64,000 bases of DNA from Macrostomum lignano. Taxonomy: Eukaryota. The DNA lies in contig NIVC01001187.1 of the NCBI GenBank assembly GCA_002269645.1, positions 372,001-436,000 on the forward strand, read 5' to 3'. The notes under the pieces were generated by a model. It was not told the DNA's origin. It worked only from the letters and a program-made list of their open reading frames with translations, and ran no database searches. The translations under genes were made by a program, and so were the position numbers. This document shows, piece after piece, positions 13,901-25,187 of this stretch. How positions within the stretch are numbered: position 1 is the first letter of the stretch; the number at the start of each line of letters is the position of its first letter.

Positions 13901-16900
13901 GCGGGGGCGGCGGCGCCGGCGGCCACCTGGACATCCGTGAGCGGCTGGCCGGGCCGCGCCTGAACTACCTGCAGATGCGCAACTACCGCAACCCCATGCT
14001 CATGCCGTATGGCGCCTTCCGCACTCGGCACGCCGGGCATCGGGCCGGCCGCGTTGGCGCCGGTGGAAACGCCGCCGCCGCCGCTGCCGCTGTCAGTTCG
14101 GACGCCGCGTCGCCGTACAATTTGTTCGGCTCCGCATTCGCTGACGGCTCAGACCAGCTGAGCCAGACCGCCAGGTGGCGAGGCACCCTGCAGCATCCGC
14201 TGCTGATGAGCAGTTCCGATGGTGCTGCAGGCGGCGCAGGCGGCGGCGGTCAGAACTCGCCGGATCACGAGGGCGCCATCTTACACTACGTGAACCCGGA
14301 CCGGCCGCCGCTGGTTCGCAGCAACGCTATTCGGCACGGCTCGCACGAGGCCCTGGCCAGCATGGAGCGGCTCACAGCCGAGTCTGGCGGAGACTACCCT
14401 GTGCACCAGCTGATGCGGGAGATGTCCAACCAGCAGCAGCGGCCGGACCTCATGTACCGCTGGGCTGAGCTGGTCCGCCTGCTGTCTGGCAGGGAGCTCG
14501 GCGACCTGCTCTGTCTAGCCAGGATCGAGGTAGCCACGGCGCTAGAGGCCGAGCGGCGAACCGAGTTGGAGTCGCGCCGGGCCGAGCTGGCTAAGCAGCA
14601 GACGGCCAAGCAGCAGCAGCAGCGGGCCAGGGAGATTGAAGCCGCCGCGGCCGCGGCAGCCGCCTCATCTGGCTCTGATGCTCAGCAGGAAGAGGAGCAG
14701 CAGCAGCAGCAGCAGCTCGAAGCCACCGCGGCAGAAGAACCCGACGAAGAAGAAGAGTTGGCTGCAGCAGCAGAAGCCGCCGAGGTGCCCAACATTGCAG
14801 AGGAGGAGGCTCCTGAGGAGCAGGCGGCAGCGGCTACTGCGCAAGCTGGCTCAGTGGAAGAGGCCGCACCGCAGCAGCCTCAGTCCCAGCCGCCTCCGCT
14901 CGTGCCCATCGTTGCCGAGCCGCCGCCGCCACCGCCGCCGCCTCCACCTCCATCGCAGCCGGCTGTTGAAGAAGTTCCCGAAGAAGAAGCGCCTCCAGCC
15001 CCCGTTCCTATGGAAACAGATGCGGACTCGGGTGGCTCGCAACAGCAGCAGCGGCAGCAGCTCGAGGACGAAGCTGCGGACGAGGAGCTAGTAGATGCTA
15101 TCGCCGCGGCCGCCGTTGCCGCAGCAACTACTGACGCCGCGGCCGCCGTTGCCGCTGCTGACGAAGGCGGCGCGTCTGGTGGTGGCAGACAAGCGGAGGC
15201 TTCCGCCGCTGCGGCCGGCGCCACCGCCGGTCCGTCCAGTTCATCGGAGTCCGCCAACTACCTGTTTAACGACGTTGATCCTGCCTTCCTGGAGGCCCTG
15301 CCCGAAGAGCTCCGCCAGGAGATCATCGCCGAGCAGCTGCGGCTTCGTCGACTTCAACAGCAGACGGGAGCGGCAGATCTCAATCCGGAGTTTCTGGCAG
15401 CTCTGCCGCCCAGCATTGCCGAAGAGGTGCTGCAGCAGGTGAGAGAGAATTTTGAGTTTCATCTTCTTGAGTGGCTACTATCCAGTCTCAGTAGTGTGTG
15501 GGTATATTCTGACATTGCCGTATTTTCATGCCTGCCAGGTGAACCGCGAGCAGGCCGGGCCAACCAGCAGCTCGGCCGCCCAGCCAGACGAGGCCATCGA
15601 CCCCAATGCCTTCCTGGCCACGCTGACCCCGGCGCTGCGCCGCGAGGTGCTTTCAGAGATGGACGACGCCACCATCGCCGCCCTGCCTGCCGATCTGGCC
15701 GCCGAGGCCAGAGCTCTGCGACGCCAGCAGCAGCAGCAACAACAGCAGCAACAACAGCAGCAGCAGCAGCTGCATCATCATCACCAGCTTGATCACGAAG
15801 ACTGGCCGCGATTCCCACCGCGCTATCGAGAGCGGGCCAACGCCACGGCCGCCAGCTACTACCGGGTGCTGTACAACCTGCCCGCCAGGCCCGCACAGCC
15901 TCTTGGCGTCGGCGGCAGCGCTACAATCCGGCGCGCAATCGGCGGCGGCTCCTCCAGCAGCGGGGCTGGCGGCGGCTCAGGCGGCGGCTCGAGCGGCAAG
16001 CCGAAGCCGCTAGTCGACTGCGAGTCTCTGACTGTCTGCGTGGCCCTGCTGTGCTGCGACAGCGACGTTGTCCGCCAGGGCTGCCGGATGCTGCTGCACC
16101 GCCTGGCCGCGCACCCGCCCACCCGCCTCTGGCTGGCCAAGGCCCTGCTCGCCATCATCGCCTCAGCCGAGACCGTCCAGCAGCAGCAGCTTCTCGACGC
16201 CCCAGCCGCTGCCACAGTTGGCGGCCTGAACTGCCTGCTGGATCTGCGGTTTCGCGGCCAGTTCGGCCAGCCGCAGCGGATCTTCGCACTGCCCCGGCCG
16301 CCTCCTGGCGTCAAGCTGCGCTCCCCGCCCACGCTCTGCCTGCACCCAGACGCCTGCCCAGTGGTCTTGCGCGCCTGCCTGCAGTCCCTCACCGAGCTGG
16401 CCGAGACCGAAGAAGCCGCCTTCCTCAGCCCCTACGGCCCGTCTGAGTCGGCTGCGCCAGCCGACACCGGCGAGTTCTGGAGGCTGCTCCGCCATCTGGA
16501 CGGCGGCAGCATCGGTGTAGCCTCGCCCGGTGCCGCTCCCGGCGGCGCCTCCGCCTCGGCTTCGTCGGCGTCAGCTGCGGCTTCGGCGTCAAACGCGGCG
16601 GCAAGCTCGGCGCCGTCAGCCGACCAGGAGGACCTGTTCCCCTCGGTGTTCCAGCTGCTCAGCCATCCGCTCATCTGTCGCCGGGCCGAGCTGCTGGACC
16701 AGCTGCTTGAACTGCTCGTCATCTGCGATAGCATGGCTCGCGACCACATGACCCGGTTGGCCAGGCCGCCCCGACCCCAGCAGCAGCCACCGCCGCCTCC
16801 ACCGCCGCCGCCGCCGCAGGAGCAATCACAACAGCAGCAGCAGCAAGAAGAAGAAACCCAGCAGCAGCAGCAGCAGCAGCAGAGCCAGGCGTCGTCTCAG

Positions 16901-19900
16901 CAAGCCGCTGCTCAACAGTCTCAGCAGAAGCAATCGCAACAACAACTACCAGATCTTGGCCGCGTGCCAAATCTAGAAGCTCATCTTCGTCAGCTAGTTG
17001 ACGTCCTGGTTGGCAAGCTGCCAGTCACCGACCAGGGCCTGGAGAATGCCGGCAAGCTGGTGCCGCATCTGTGCCGCTACGGCCGCCGGGTTGAGGACTG
17101 CCTGCTGTCCAGCCTGACTGACGGCCTGCGGCACCTGGCCGGACAGCTGGAACGGCGGCTGTCCCGGCTGGCTGACGAGCTCCAGGATCACCTGGCCAAG
17201 GCCCAGCAGCAGCAGCAGCAATTGTCTGCTTCCGCTTCTGGCAGCTCCGCCTCTCTGCAGCAGCTCGAAACTGCCACGGCCTCCTCAAGCAGCAGCGGCG
17301 TTGGCCGCGTCCTCCAGGACCGCTTCAGTGGCGCCAACGTGGTCCTTCGCGCCGATGCTCTGTCGGGCTATGCGCCGCCGCGCGACCTTGCCCTGCCCAG
17401 CCTGGCCGCGCTGGCGAACGATCGGCACCTGCAGAGGCGGCTGCTCAAACTGCTCAACATGCTCGGCCAGCTGGACAGCCAGGGCGGCCGGGCAGCCGAG
17501 GTCAGCCAAGTCCTTGAGCCGCTATGGGCCCGGCTTAGCGAGTGCCTGAGCCTGCTCAACCAGTGCGAGGACCCCAACTCGGTGCTTGTGCTGCAGACCA
17601 CCGTCGAGTCCTTCTTCGTCGCCTCCGGCGGCTCCCGGGATCAGGCGGCCACCCTGCGGCGACTGGCATCAGCCGGCGCCGAGACCAACAACTCCGAGCA
17701 GCTGTCCCACCTAGACCTGGAGATCAGCGCACCCGAAACCGCCGCCCCGGCCGCTCCGTCTGCTTCCGCTACCAGCACCACGCCGAAGGAGCCGGCGGCC
17801 GACAGTCAGAAGGCCTTCCTATTGAGCTTTGCCACCCGGCACCGCGGCCTGCTGAACCAGATCCTCCGCCAGCAGACCACGCCGCTGACGCGCGGCCCAT
17901 TCGCCTGGCTGGCTGAGCACCCGCGCCTGCTGGATTTCGATGTGAAAGTGCAGTACTTCCGCAGCCAGCTGGACAGCGGCAGGCCGCGCAACACCGAGAC
18001 CGTGGCCGTCAACAGGCAGCGCGTGTTCGAGGACTCGTTCGCTAAACTGCATAGGAAGTCTCGGAACGAATGGAAACAGCATTTCCAGATTCATTTCCAG
18101 GTGGGCTTTGTACTAGTAGCTATCTAAGTTCCCCTATGCTGCCTGGGGATTGGGGAATCGCCCCTTAAACTACATGGGGATTTGGGAAGAATCTCCCCTT
18201 AAACTACATGGGGATTGGGGAAGAATATCCCCTTAAACTACATGGGGATTGGGCTAGAATCTCCCCTTAAAGTACATAGGGATTGGGGAAGAATCTCCTC
18301 TTAAACTACATGGGGATTGGGCTAGAATCTCCCCTTAAAGTACATAGGGATTGGGGAAGCATCTCCCCTTAAACTACATGAGGATTGGGGAAGAATCGCC
18401 CCTTAAACTACGTGGGGATTGGGGAAGAATCGCCCCTTAAACTACATGAGGATTGGGGAAGAATCGCCCCTTAAGCGACATGGGGATTGGGAAAGAATCG
18501 CCCCTTGAACTACATGGGAATTTGTGAAGAATCTCCCCTTAAACTACATGAGGATTGGGGAAGAATCGCCCCTTAAACTACATGAGGATTGGGGAAGAAT
18601 CGCCCCTTAAACTACGTGGGAATTTGTGAAGAATCTCCCCTTAAACTACATGGGGATTGGGCTAGAATCTCCCCTTAAAGTACATAGGGATTGGGGAAGA
18701 ATCTCCTCTTAAACTACATGGGGATTGGGCTAGAATCTCCCCTTAAAGTACATAGGGATTGGGGAAGAATCTCCTCTTAAACTACATGGGGATTGGGCTA
18801 GAATCTCCCCTTAAACTACATGAGGATTGGGGAAGAATCTCCTCTTAAACTACATGGGGATTGGGCTAGAATCTCCCCTTAAAGTACATAGGGATTGGGG
18901 AAGAATCTCCTCTTAAACTACATGGGGATTGGGCTAGAATCTCCCCTTAAACTACATGAGGATTGGGGAAGAATCGCCCCTTAAACTACGTGGGGATTGG
19001 GGAAGAATCTCCTCTTAAACTACATGGAGATTGGGGAAGTATCTTCCCTTAAGCTACATGGAGTTTAGGGAAGAATCGCCCCTTAAACTACATGGGGATT
19101 GGGGAAGAATCTACCCTTAAACTACATGGGGATTGGGGAAGAATCTACCCTTAAACTACATGGGGATTTGGGAAGAATCTCCCCTTAAGCTACATGGAGT
19201 TTAGGGAAGAATCCTGAATTATTACAATAAGCTTTCTGTGAATTCCGCAGGGCGAGGAAGGCCAGGACGCGGGCGGGCTGCTGCGTGAATGGTACGCCAT
19301 CCTGAGCCGGGAGATCTTCAATCCCAATTACGCGCTGTTCAAGGTGAACCCAGGCGATCAGGTCACCTACACGATCAACGCAGCCAGCCACATCAACAAC
19401 AATCACCTGACTTATTTCAAATTCGTTGGCCGCCTCATTGCCAAGGCCGTGTACGACAATAAGCTGCTGGAGTGCTACTTCACCAGGGCCTTCTACAAGC
19501 ACATCCTGGGCCTGCCTGTGAACTGCAGCGATCTGGAGAGCGAAGACTACGACTTTTACAAGGGCCTGCGCTTCCTCCTGGAGAATGACGTGGCTTCCCT
19601 AGGCTACGAGCAGACATTCTCCACCGAGGTGTCCGTGTTCGGCGTCACCGAGACTCGCGAGCTCGTGCCAGACGGTCGGAACAAGGTGGTCACCGAGGAC
19701 AACAAGGCGGAGTACGTGGCCCGCGTGTGCCAGGAGCGGATGATCGGCTCCATCAGGCAGCAGCTGGCCGCCTTTCTCGAAGGCTTCTACGATATCATTC
19801 CGAAGCGGCTCATTAGCATATTTAATGAGCAAGAGCTGGAGCTGCTCATCTCCGGCTTGCCGACTATTGACATTGACGACCTGCGGGCCAACACCTTGTA

Positions 19901-21294
19901 TGAGAAGTACTCCGCCACTAGCCCGCAGGTGAGCGCTGATTAGCTGGCTTTCTTTTATTGGTTACTGGAGTGTCAGGTGGTGATTCGAGGTGTCAGTTTG
20001 TCACAATATATTGGTTGTCAGATGATGATAATCTGGGATTCTGGGTGTCATTTGGTAATCTGGATGTCAGCTGGTAATCCGAGGGTCAGATGGTAATCTG
20101 GGGGTCAGATGGTAATCTCGGGGTCAGATGGTAATCCGGGGGGTCAGATGGTAATCTCGGGGTCAGATGGTAATCTGGGGGTCAGATGGTGATCTGGGGT
20201 CAGATGATAATCTAGGGGTCAGATGGTAATCTGGGGTCAGATGATGATCTGGGGTCACATGATAATCTAGGGGTCAGATGATAATCTAGGGGTCAGATGG
20301 TAATCTGGGGTGTCAGTTGTTAATCTGGGTGTCAGCTGATACTATTGGGCCCGGGGTGTCAGTGAGTAATCGTGAGCATCTTAATAATTTTGTTGATATG
20401 ACTAGAAACTCTTTAACTTGAAATTCTGCTCCCTCCGTCGCCTCAGATCCAGTGGCTCTGGCGGGCTCTGCGCAGCTTTGACCAGGCCGACCGGGCCCGG
20501 TTTATTCAGTTCGTCACGGGCACCAGCAAGGTGCCGCTCGGCGGCTTCGCCAAGCTGGAGGGCATGCGCGGCCAGCAGAAGTTCCAGGTGCACCGGGACG
20601 GCCGATCCACCGACAGGCTGCCGACTGCGCACACCTGGTGAGCTTTTGTATTTTGAATAACTGGTTTTGCCTTTTTTGACCTTTGACCTCAACAATTCCT
20701 CAGTAACCTTTTCTTTCGAATTCTTTTCGAAGTGACCTTTGACCTCGATTCTTTTATGGTGACCTTTGACCTCAGTTATTTCACAGTGACCTTTGACCTC
20801 GATTCTTTCATGGGGACCTATGACCTTATTTTCATGGTGACCTTTGACCTTATTTTTCATGGTGTCCTTTGATCTCGATTCTTTAATGTTGTCCTTTGAC
20901 CTCTTTTCTTTCGTGGTGACCTTTGACCTTATTTTCCATGGTGTCCTTTGACCTCGATTCTTTCTTGGTGACCTTTGACCTTATTTTTCATGGTGTCCTT
21001 TGATCTCGATTCTTTAATGGTGACCTTTGATCTCGATTCTTTAATGGTGACCTTTGATCTCGATTCTTTAATGGTGACCTTTGATTAAACTACTGGCTCT
21101 GCCTGCGAGCTTACTAGTGCAAGTCATGCCATGGTTACCAATGCCTGATTAACACTGGGACTCGAACCCCCCGCCTCCGTTGTCCCCGCAGCTTCAACCA
21201 GCTGGACCTGCCAGTGTACGAGAGCTACGAGAAGCTGCGCGAGATGCTGCTGCTGGCCATCACGGAGTGCTCAGAGGGCTACGGCCTGGCCTGA
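1062..21294 (+). CDS. HUWE1: HUWE1-type HECT E3 ubiquitin ligase, 12 exons in window (5' end upstream of window)
   Basis: Exons 1062-1958, 3694-4728, 5607-5897, 6901-7782, 8672-9237, 9485-9947, 12145-12422, 12516-15438, 15539-18100, 19251-19928, 20447-20637, 21192-21294. All introns are GT-AG with matching phases; total 10869 nt = 3622 aa + stop. Domain order matches HUWE1/Tom1: N-terminal ARM region, UBA, WWE-like, acidic disordered region, three UBM repeats, HECT ([15 protein letters not shown] ... PTAHTCFNQLDLP). Confidence 0.96.
2150..3605. repeat. Intronic minisatellite, 25 bp unit CTCAGGGTGAGACCTGTACATTAAT
   Basis: ~57 copies in HUWE1 intron 1959-3693. Confidence 0.95.
3694..4728 (+). 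CDS. HUWE1: HUWE1 exon (DUF913 region)
   Basis: caatccag|GTGCTG ... CACCAG|gtgcgt, 345 codons. [14 protein letters not shown] and [18 protein letters not shown] motifs; poly-Ala/Gly insert. Confidence 0.9.
4865..5410. repeat. Intronic minisatellite, 28 bp unit GCTGATCCCCATCCCAGATCCCAATGCC
   Basis: ~19 copies in HUWE1 intron 4729-5606. Confidence 0.93.
5607..5897 (+). CDS. HUWE1: HUWE1 exon
   Basis: ccgccag|ATGGAC ... CCGAAG|gtgagg, 97 codons, phase 0/0, GC-rich coding composition. Confidence 0.85.
5935..6735. repeat. Intronic minisatellite, 42 bp unit containing TGACGTCA
   Basis: GTCATTCGAGCTAGTCGTGACGTCATTCACTGTAGCCATCAG x18 plus 1 degenerate copy. Confidence 0.96.
6901..7782 (+). CDS. 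HUWE1: HUWE1 exon containing UBA domain (~7393-7488)
   Basis: cccgtag|GTGACC ... TTTGAG|gtgact. [31 protein letters not shown] carries the UBA MGF motif. Confidence 0.92.
7805..8600. repeat. Intronic minisatellite, 24 bp unit CCATACCCATCCCACACACTGATC
   Basis: ~32 copies in HUWE1 intron 7783-8671. Confidence 0.94.
8672..9237 (+). CDS. HUWE1: HUWE1 exon containing WWE-like domain (~8951-9142)
   Basis: accccag|GCCGCC ... GCCAG|gttcga (phase 2). [29 protein letters not shown] aligns by eye with the HUWE1 WWE ([29 protein letters not shown]). Confidence 0.85.
9334..9440. repeat. Short intronic tandem repeat, 42 bp x2.5
   Basis: CCCTTCCGCAAACCTGAGAAATCCTCAATCCGAAACGGAATT repeated in a 247 bp intron. 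Confidence 0.85.
9485..9947 (+). CDS. HUWE1: HUWE1 exon
   Basis: gtttccag|ACAG ... TACCAG|gtgtgt; phase-2 entry completes AG|A (Arg). Helical ARM-like sequence ([25 protein letters not shown]). Confidence 0.87.
10190..12070. repeat. Intronic minisatellite, 24 bp unit CCCTGAGAACCTTGATCTCAAATA with 18 bp deletion variant
   Basis: ~80 copies in HUWE1 intron 9948-12144; source of the 694/734 aa spurious ORFs. Confidence 0.96.
12145..12422 (+). CDS. HUWE1: HUWE1 exon
   Basis: caaccgcag|ACG (alternative in-frame acceptor gives start 12151) ... GCCAG|gtaaac; ends [12 protein letters not shown]. Confidence 0.8.
12516..15438 (+). CDS. HUWE1: HUWE1 giant exon (acidic disordered region, UBM1-2)
   Basis: ctggcag|GTGC ... 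CAGCAG|gtgaga, 2923 nt open. D/E-rich tracts, QHPLL motif, [18 protein letters not shown] and [21 protein letters not shown] motifs. Confidence 0.93.
15539..18100 (+). CDS. HUWE1: HUWE1 giant exon (UBM3 to start of HECT)
   Basis: ctgccag|GTGAAC ... TTCCAG|gtgggc, 854 codons. [14 protein letters not shown]; [12 protein letters not shown] ... [12 protein letters not shown]; [11 protein letters not shown]. Confidence 0.94.
18145..19215. repeat. Intronic minisatellite, 34 bp unit GGGGATTGGGGAAGAATCTCCCCTTAAACTACAT
   Basis: ~31 copies in HUWE1 intron 18101-19250. Confidence 0.95.
19251..19928 (+). CDS. HUWE1: HUWE1 exon (HECT N-lobe)
   Basis: ttccgcag|GGCGAGGAAGGCCAGGAC ([15 protein letters not shown]); [15 protein letters not shown]; [15 protein letters not shown]; ends CCGCAG|gtgagc. 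Confidence 0.97.
20030..20345. repeat. Intronic minisatellite, ~19-20 bp unit GGGTCAGATGGTAATCTGG
   Basis: ~15 copies with degenerate edges. Confidence 0.88.
20447..20637 (+). CDS. HUWE1: HUWE1 exon (HECT C-lobe)
   Basis: cgcctcag|ATC: [34 protein letters not shown] ... LPTAHT-TG|gtgagc. Confidence 0.97.
20670..21085. repeat. Irregular intronic repeat with core GTGACCTTTGACCT
   Basis: ~15 copies of ~27-30 bp in the last HUWE1 intron. Confidence 0.88.
21192..21294 (+). CDS. HUWE1: HUWE1 last coding exon
   Basis: ccccgcag|C TTC AAC CAG: (C)[33 protein letters not shown]. The catalytic Cys codon is split TG|C by the last intron. Confidence 0.97.
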
Positions 21295-22384
21295 TCTGCC
21301 ATATCTGCCTGCACTCCTGACTCACACCAGCCCAGCTCACTGAGCTAATGAACCTTTGTTTCTCTTTGTTTATTTTGTTCATTGTCAGAGCCGCAAGAGC
21401 GCCTTGTCTGTAGGCGGGCATCTCGCGCTGTCTTTTGCTTATCGAAACGTATTTTCTTGTGTTTCTGTCATCGGGGCTCCATGGGTCACCGGGTTGTCGG
21501 CAAGCACAATGGACTCCCACAGGCCCCTGTCCGACAGGTGCGCCTGTAGAACTGAACAGCTTCAGCCTCTCTGGTCTCAGTTCCGGCTTCATCTGGCACT
21601 GTCCGCATCGCTTTGCTTTCTTTTGTCCTTTGTCCTGTTTGCTCGTTCACTCTGGCATTTAGGTCGACCTTATGAATACAGCAGTAGTTGTCTCTCACTC
21701 CCTCTCTCTCTCTGTGTGTCTCGCAACATCTAGTTACTAGCACCGCCTGTCAGCTAATCTGCTCTCTACCTTATCCAGCTATTTTGCAGTCTGTGCCCGA
21801 GCCCCCCTCTAGCCTCTCTACTTTAAGTAGCGCGTTGCAATCATGCGCGCAAAGAAAACTTATTTTGCTTAATCTAATTATTTTCTCACCTGCCCCGCAG
21901 TCGGGAATTTTTCTCTATATTCAGATTGCGCGCAGTCCGGGCGCTTCGCCGCGGGCCTCTGTTCGAGTTTTATTTTTTCCCCGGGTTTCATTTGCGTTCG
22001 ACTTGGTTCCGCTTTAAATACCTTGAATTCAATTTCCGCCTGTCACTGCCGGCCTCCACCAATGGCGAGCTGCGGTCTGCAATCCAACAGTTTAAACTGC
22101 GCATTGTTTGATAGATGGCTGGGCAGCGAGTGAATTTCAGCAATCCACTGTAGTCCGCTTCTCTTTATTGCTACCTGTGTGGATTGCCCACCCTATGCAT
22201 GATGTTATACCTTAGCAAATGCATCTACTAAATATATTGAACTCTTGCACACCAACTGAAAAATTACCACAAAACAGGCACTCGCTCTGGCATTGGTACA
22301 AAAACTTTAATTCTCTGCTTTGGCTCTGAGCTGGCCGCCTTCACTGCTGCTCCATTTTTATACTTTCAACTGATTCTCCTATAT

Positions 22385-22515
22385 CCCTTCCCCATCTCCC
22401 TGCCCTCCCCATCTCCCTGCCTTCCCCATCTCCCTGCCTTCCCCATCTCCCTGCCTTCCCCATCTCCCTGCCTTCCCCATCTCCCTGCCTTCCCCATCTC
22501 CCTGCCTTCCCCATC
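22385..22515. repeat. 17 bp tandem repeat CCCCATCTCCCTGCCTT
   Basis: ~7 copies downstream of the HUWE1 stop. Confidence 0.9.
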
Positions 22516-22889
22516 CCTGTCCGTCCCTGTCTCCCAGCCGCTAGAACAGCGATGAAAAATGAAGCATACTTTTTTCTGGATCTCATCAAACGCGCCGAAA
22601 CTCCTAAAGAATAAAAAGCACCGCTTGCTCTCTCCGGGATCTGCCTGACTCGGCTGTGTGTGTTGGTACCTGCGCACCTGTATTTAGCCAGCCTTGGTCC
22701 GCAGCCAGCCCTCCTCACACACGCAGAGGCCCGGCTCTGCACTGCTTGAGGCTCAGTCCCGGGCTGAGTTTATTTTGCGTATTGAAACCGCCGGTCCACT
22801 GCAATTTCCCGTCGCAGCCCCCACCTCTCTGAATGCTCTCGGACCTGCAATGGATATGCTGGGGCTGAGCGCTACTCCACTGTGGCTTC

Positions 22890-22895
22890 AATAAA
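22890..22895 (+). promoter_or_regulatory. Candidate polyadenylation signal for HUWE1 (alternative AATAAA at 22610-22615)
   Basis: AATAAA hexamers downstream of the HUWE1 stop; usage cannot be determined from sequence. Confidence 0.35.
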
Positions 22896-23139
22896 ATCTG
22901 CTCTGGATTGGGGCAGGCAGGTAAATAGAGGCTCAGGCTTCGCCCCCCCCCCCTTCACAGCCGGCGCTCTGTCCAGGCCTGAAGAAGTGCCCGCATAGCG
23001 CCCGGCTGCGGAGCTGCAGACACCGGAAGAGCCGATAAGAGATGGCGGGCTGGCTTGGACTTGGTTGCTGGGGTGGCCGCTGCTAGCCCTGGCAGAGAGT
23101 CAGTTCAAGGGCATGCTGTGTTTGGGAGCGTCTGTTAGT

Positions 23140-23845
23140 TCCTGGTCATTGCTGTTTGCCTCTGAGAGTGCCTGGTCATTGTGGTTTGCCAGTAAAAGTG
23201 CCTGATCATTGTAGTTTGCCTGTCAGAGGGCCTGGTCATTGTGGTTTGCCTGTGAGAGTGCCTGGTCATTGTGGTTTGCCAGTAAAAGTGCCTGGTCATT
23301 GTGATTTGCCTGTAAAAGTACCTGATCATTGTGATTTGCCTGTCAGAGGGCCTGGTCATTGTGGTTTGCCTGTGGGAGTGCCTGGTCATTGTGGTTTGCC
23401 TGTGAGAGTGCCTGGTCATTGTAGTTTGCCTATCAGAGTGCCTGGTCATTGTGGTTTGCCAGTAAAAGTGCCTGATCATTGTAGTTTGCCTGTCAGAGGG
23501 CCTGGTCATTGTGGTTTGCCTGTGAGAGTGCCTGGTCATTGTAATTTGCCTGTCAGAGTGCCTGGTCATTGTGGTTTGCCTGTGAGAGTGCCTGGTCATT
23601 GTGGTTTGCCTGTCAGAGGGCCTGGTCATTGTGATTTGCCTGTCAGAGGGCCTGGTCATTGTGGTTTGCCTGTGAGAGTTCCTGGTCATTGTGGTTTGCC
23701 TGTGAGAGTGCCTGGTCATTGTGGTTTGTCTGTGAGAGTGCCTGGTCATTGTGATTTGCCTGTCAGAGGGCCTGATCATTGTGGTTTGCCCGAGAGAGCG
23801 CCTGGTCATTGTGGTTTGCCTGTCAGAGTGCCTGGTCATTGTGGT
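23140..23845. repeat. Minisatellite, 30 bp unit CCTGGTCATTGTGGTTTGCCTGTGAGAGTG
   Basis: ~23 copies. Confidence 0.95.
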
Positions 23846-23869
23846 GTCACTGCCTGGTCAGTCTTGTGC

Positions 23870-25187
23870 AGGTCCTGCCCGGGGTGTTACAGTCATCATG
23901 CTATCAGGTCCTGACCGGAGTGCTGCAGTCATCATGCTATCAGGTCCTGACTGGGGTGCTGCAGTCATCATGCTATCAGGTCCTGACCGGAGTGCTGCAG
24001 TCATCATGCTATCAGGTCCTGACTGGGGTGCTGCAGTCATCATGCTGTCAGGTCCTGACCGGGGTGTTACAGTCATCATGCTATCAGGTCCTGACCGGGG
24101 TGCTGCAGTCATCATGCTATCAGGTCCTGCCCGGGGTGTTACAGTCATCATGCTATCAGGTCCTGACCGGAGTGCTGCAGTCATCATGCTATCAGGTCCT
24201 GACTGGGGTGTTACAGTCATCATGCTGTCAGGTCCTGACCGGGGTGTTACAGTCATCATGCTATCAGGTCCTGACCGTGGTGCTGCAGTCATCATGCTGT
24301 CAGGTCCTGACCGGGGTGCTGCAGTCATCATGCTATCAGGTCCTGACCGGGGTGCTGCAGTCATCATGCTGTCAGGTCCTGACCAGGGTGCTGCAGTCAT
24401 CATGCTATCAGGTCCTGACCGGGGTGCTGCAGTCATCATGCTATCAGGTCCTGACCGGGGTGCTGCAGTCATCATGCTATCAGGTCCTGACCGGGGTGCT
24501 GCAGTCATCATGCTATCAGCTCCTGACCGGTTTGCTGCAGTCATCATGCTATCAGGTCCTGACCGGGGTGCTGCAGTCATCATGCTATCATGCTATCAGG
24601 TCCTGACCGGTTTGCTGCTGTCATCATGCTATCAGGTCCTGACCGGGGTGCTGCAGTCATCATGCTATCAGGTCCTGACCGGGGTGCTGCAGTCATCATG
24701 CTATCAGGTCCTGACCGGGGTGCTGCAGTCATCATGCTATCAGGTCCTGACCGGGGTGCTGCAGTCATCATGCTATCAGCTCCTGACCGGTTTGCTGCAG
24801 TCATCATGCTATCAGGTCCTGACCGGGGTGCTGCAGTCATCATGCTATCATGCTATCAGCTCCTGACCGGTTTGCTGCAGTCATCATGCTATCAGGTCCT
24901 GACCGGGGTGCTGCAGTCATCATGCTATCAGGTCCTGACCGGGGTGCTGCAGTCATCATGCTATCAGGTCCTGACCGGGGTGCTGCAGTCATCATGCTAT
25001 CAGGTCCTGACCGGGGTGCTGCAGTCATCATGCTATCAGGTCCTGACCGGGTTGCTGCAGTCATCATGCTATCAGGTCCTGACCGGGGTGTTACAGTCAT
25101 CATGCTATCAGCTCCTGACCGGTTTGCTGCAGTCATCATGCTATCAGGTCCTGACCAGGGTGCTGCAGTCATCATGCTATCAGGTCC
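23870..25187. repeat. Minisatellite, 36 bp unit GCAGTCATCATGCTATCAGGTCCTGACCGGGGTGCT
   Basis: ~36 copies, directly abutting the 30 bp array; two 8 bp stutter insertions (~24583, ~24843) 260 bp apart. Confidence 0.96.

Noticed and set aside
1297-18094. Alternative-frame and antisense ORFs overlapping HUWE1 exons
   Set aside because: Expected shadow ORFs of very GC-rich coding DNA; no independent motifs.
21150-21175. B-box-like GGGACTCGAACCC (also GGTTCGATTCC at 42571, GGTTCGAATC near 35770)
   Set aside because: No A box at proper spacing and no cloverleaf; the sequence upstream of the first is HUWE1 coding exon.
23140-25187. 30-46 bp direct repeats as possible CRISPR arrays (also 34375-35570, 5935-6735)
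   Set aside because: Units are head-to-tail with no unique spacers, there are no cas genes, and the context is eukaryotic and intronic.
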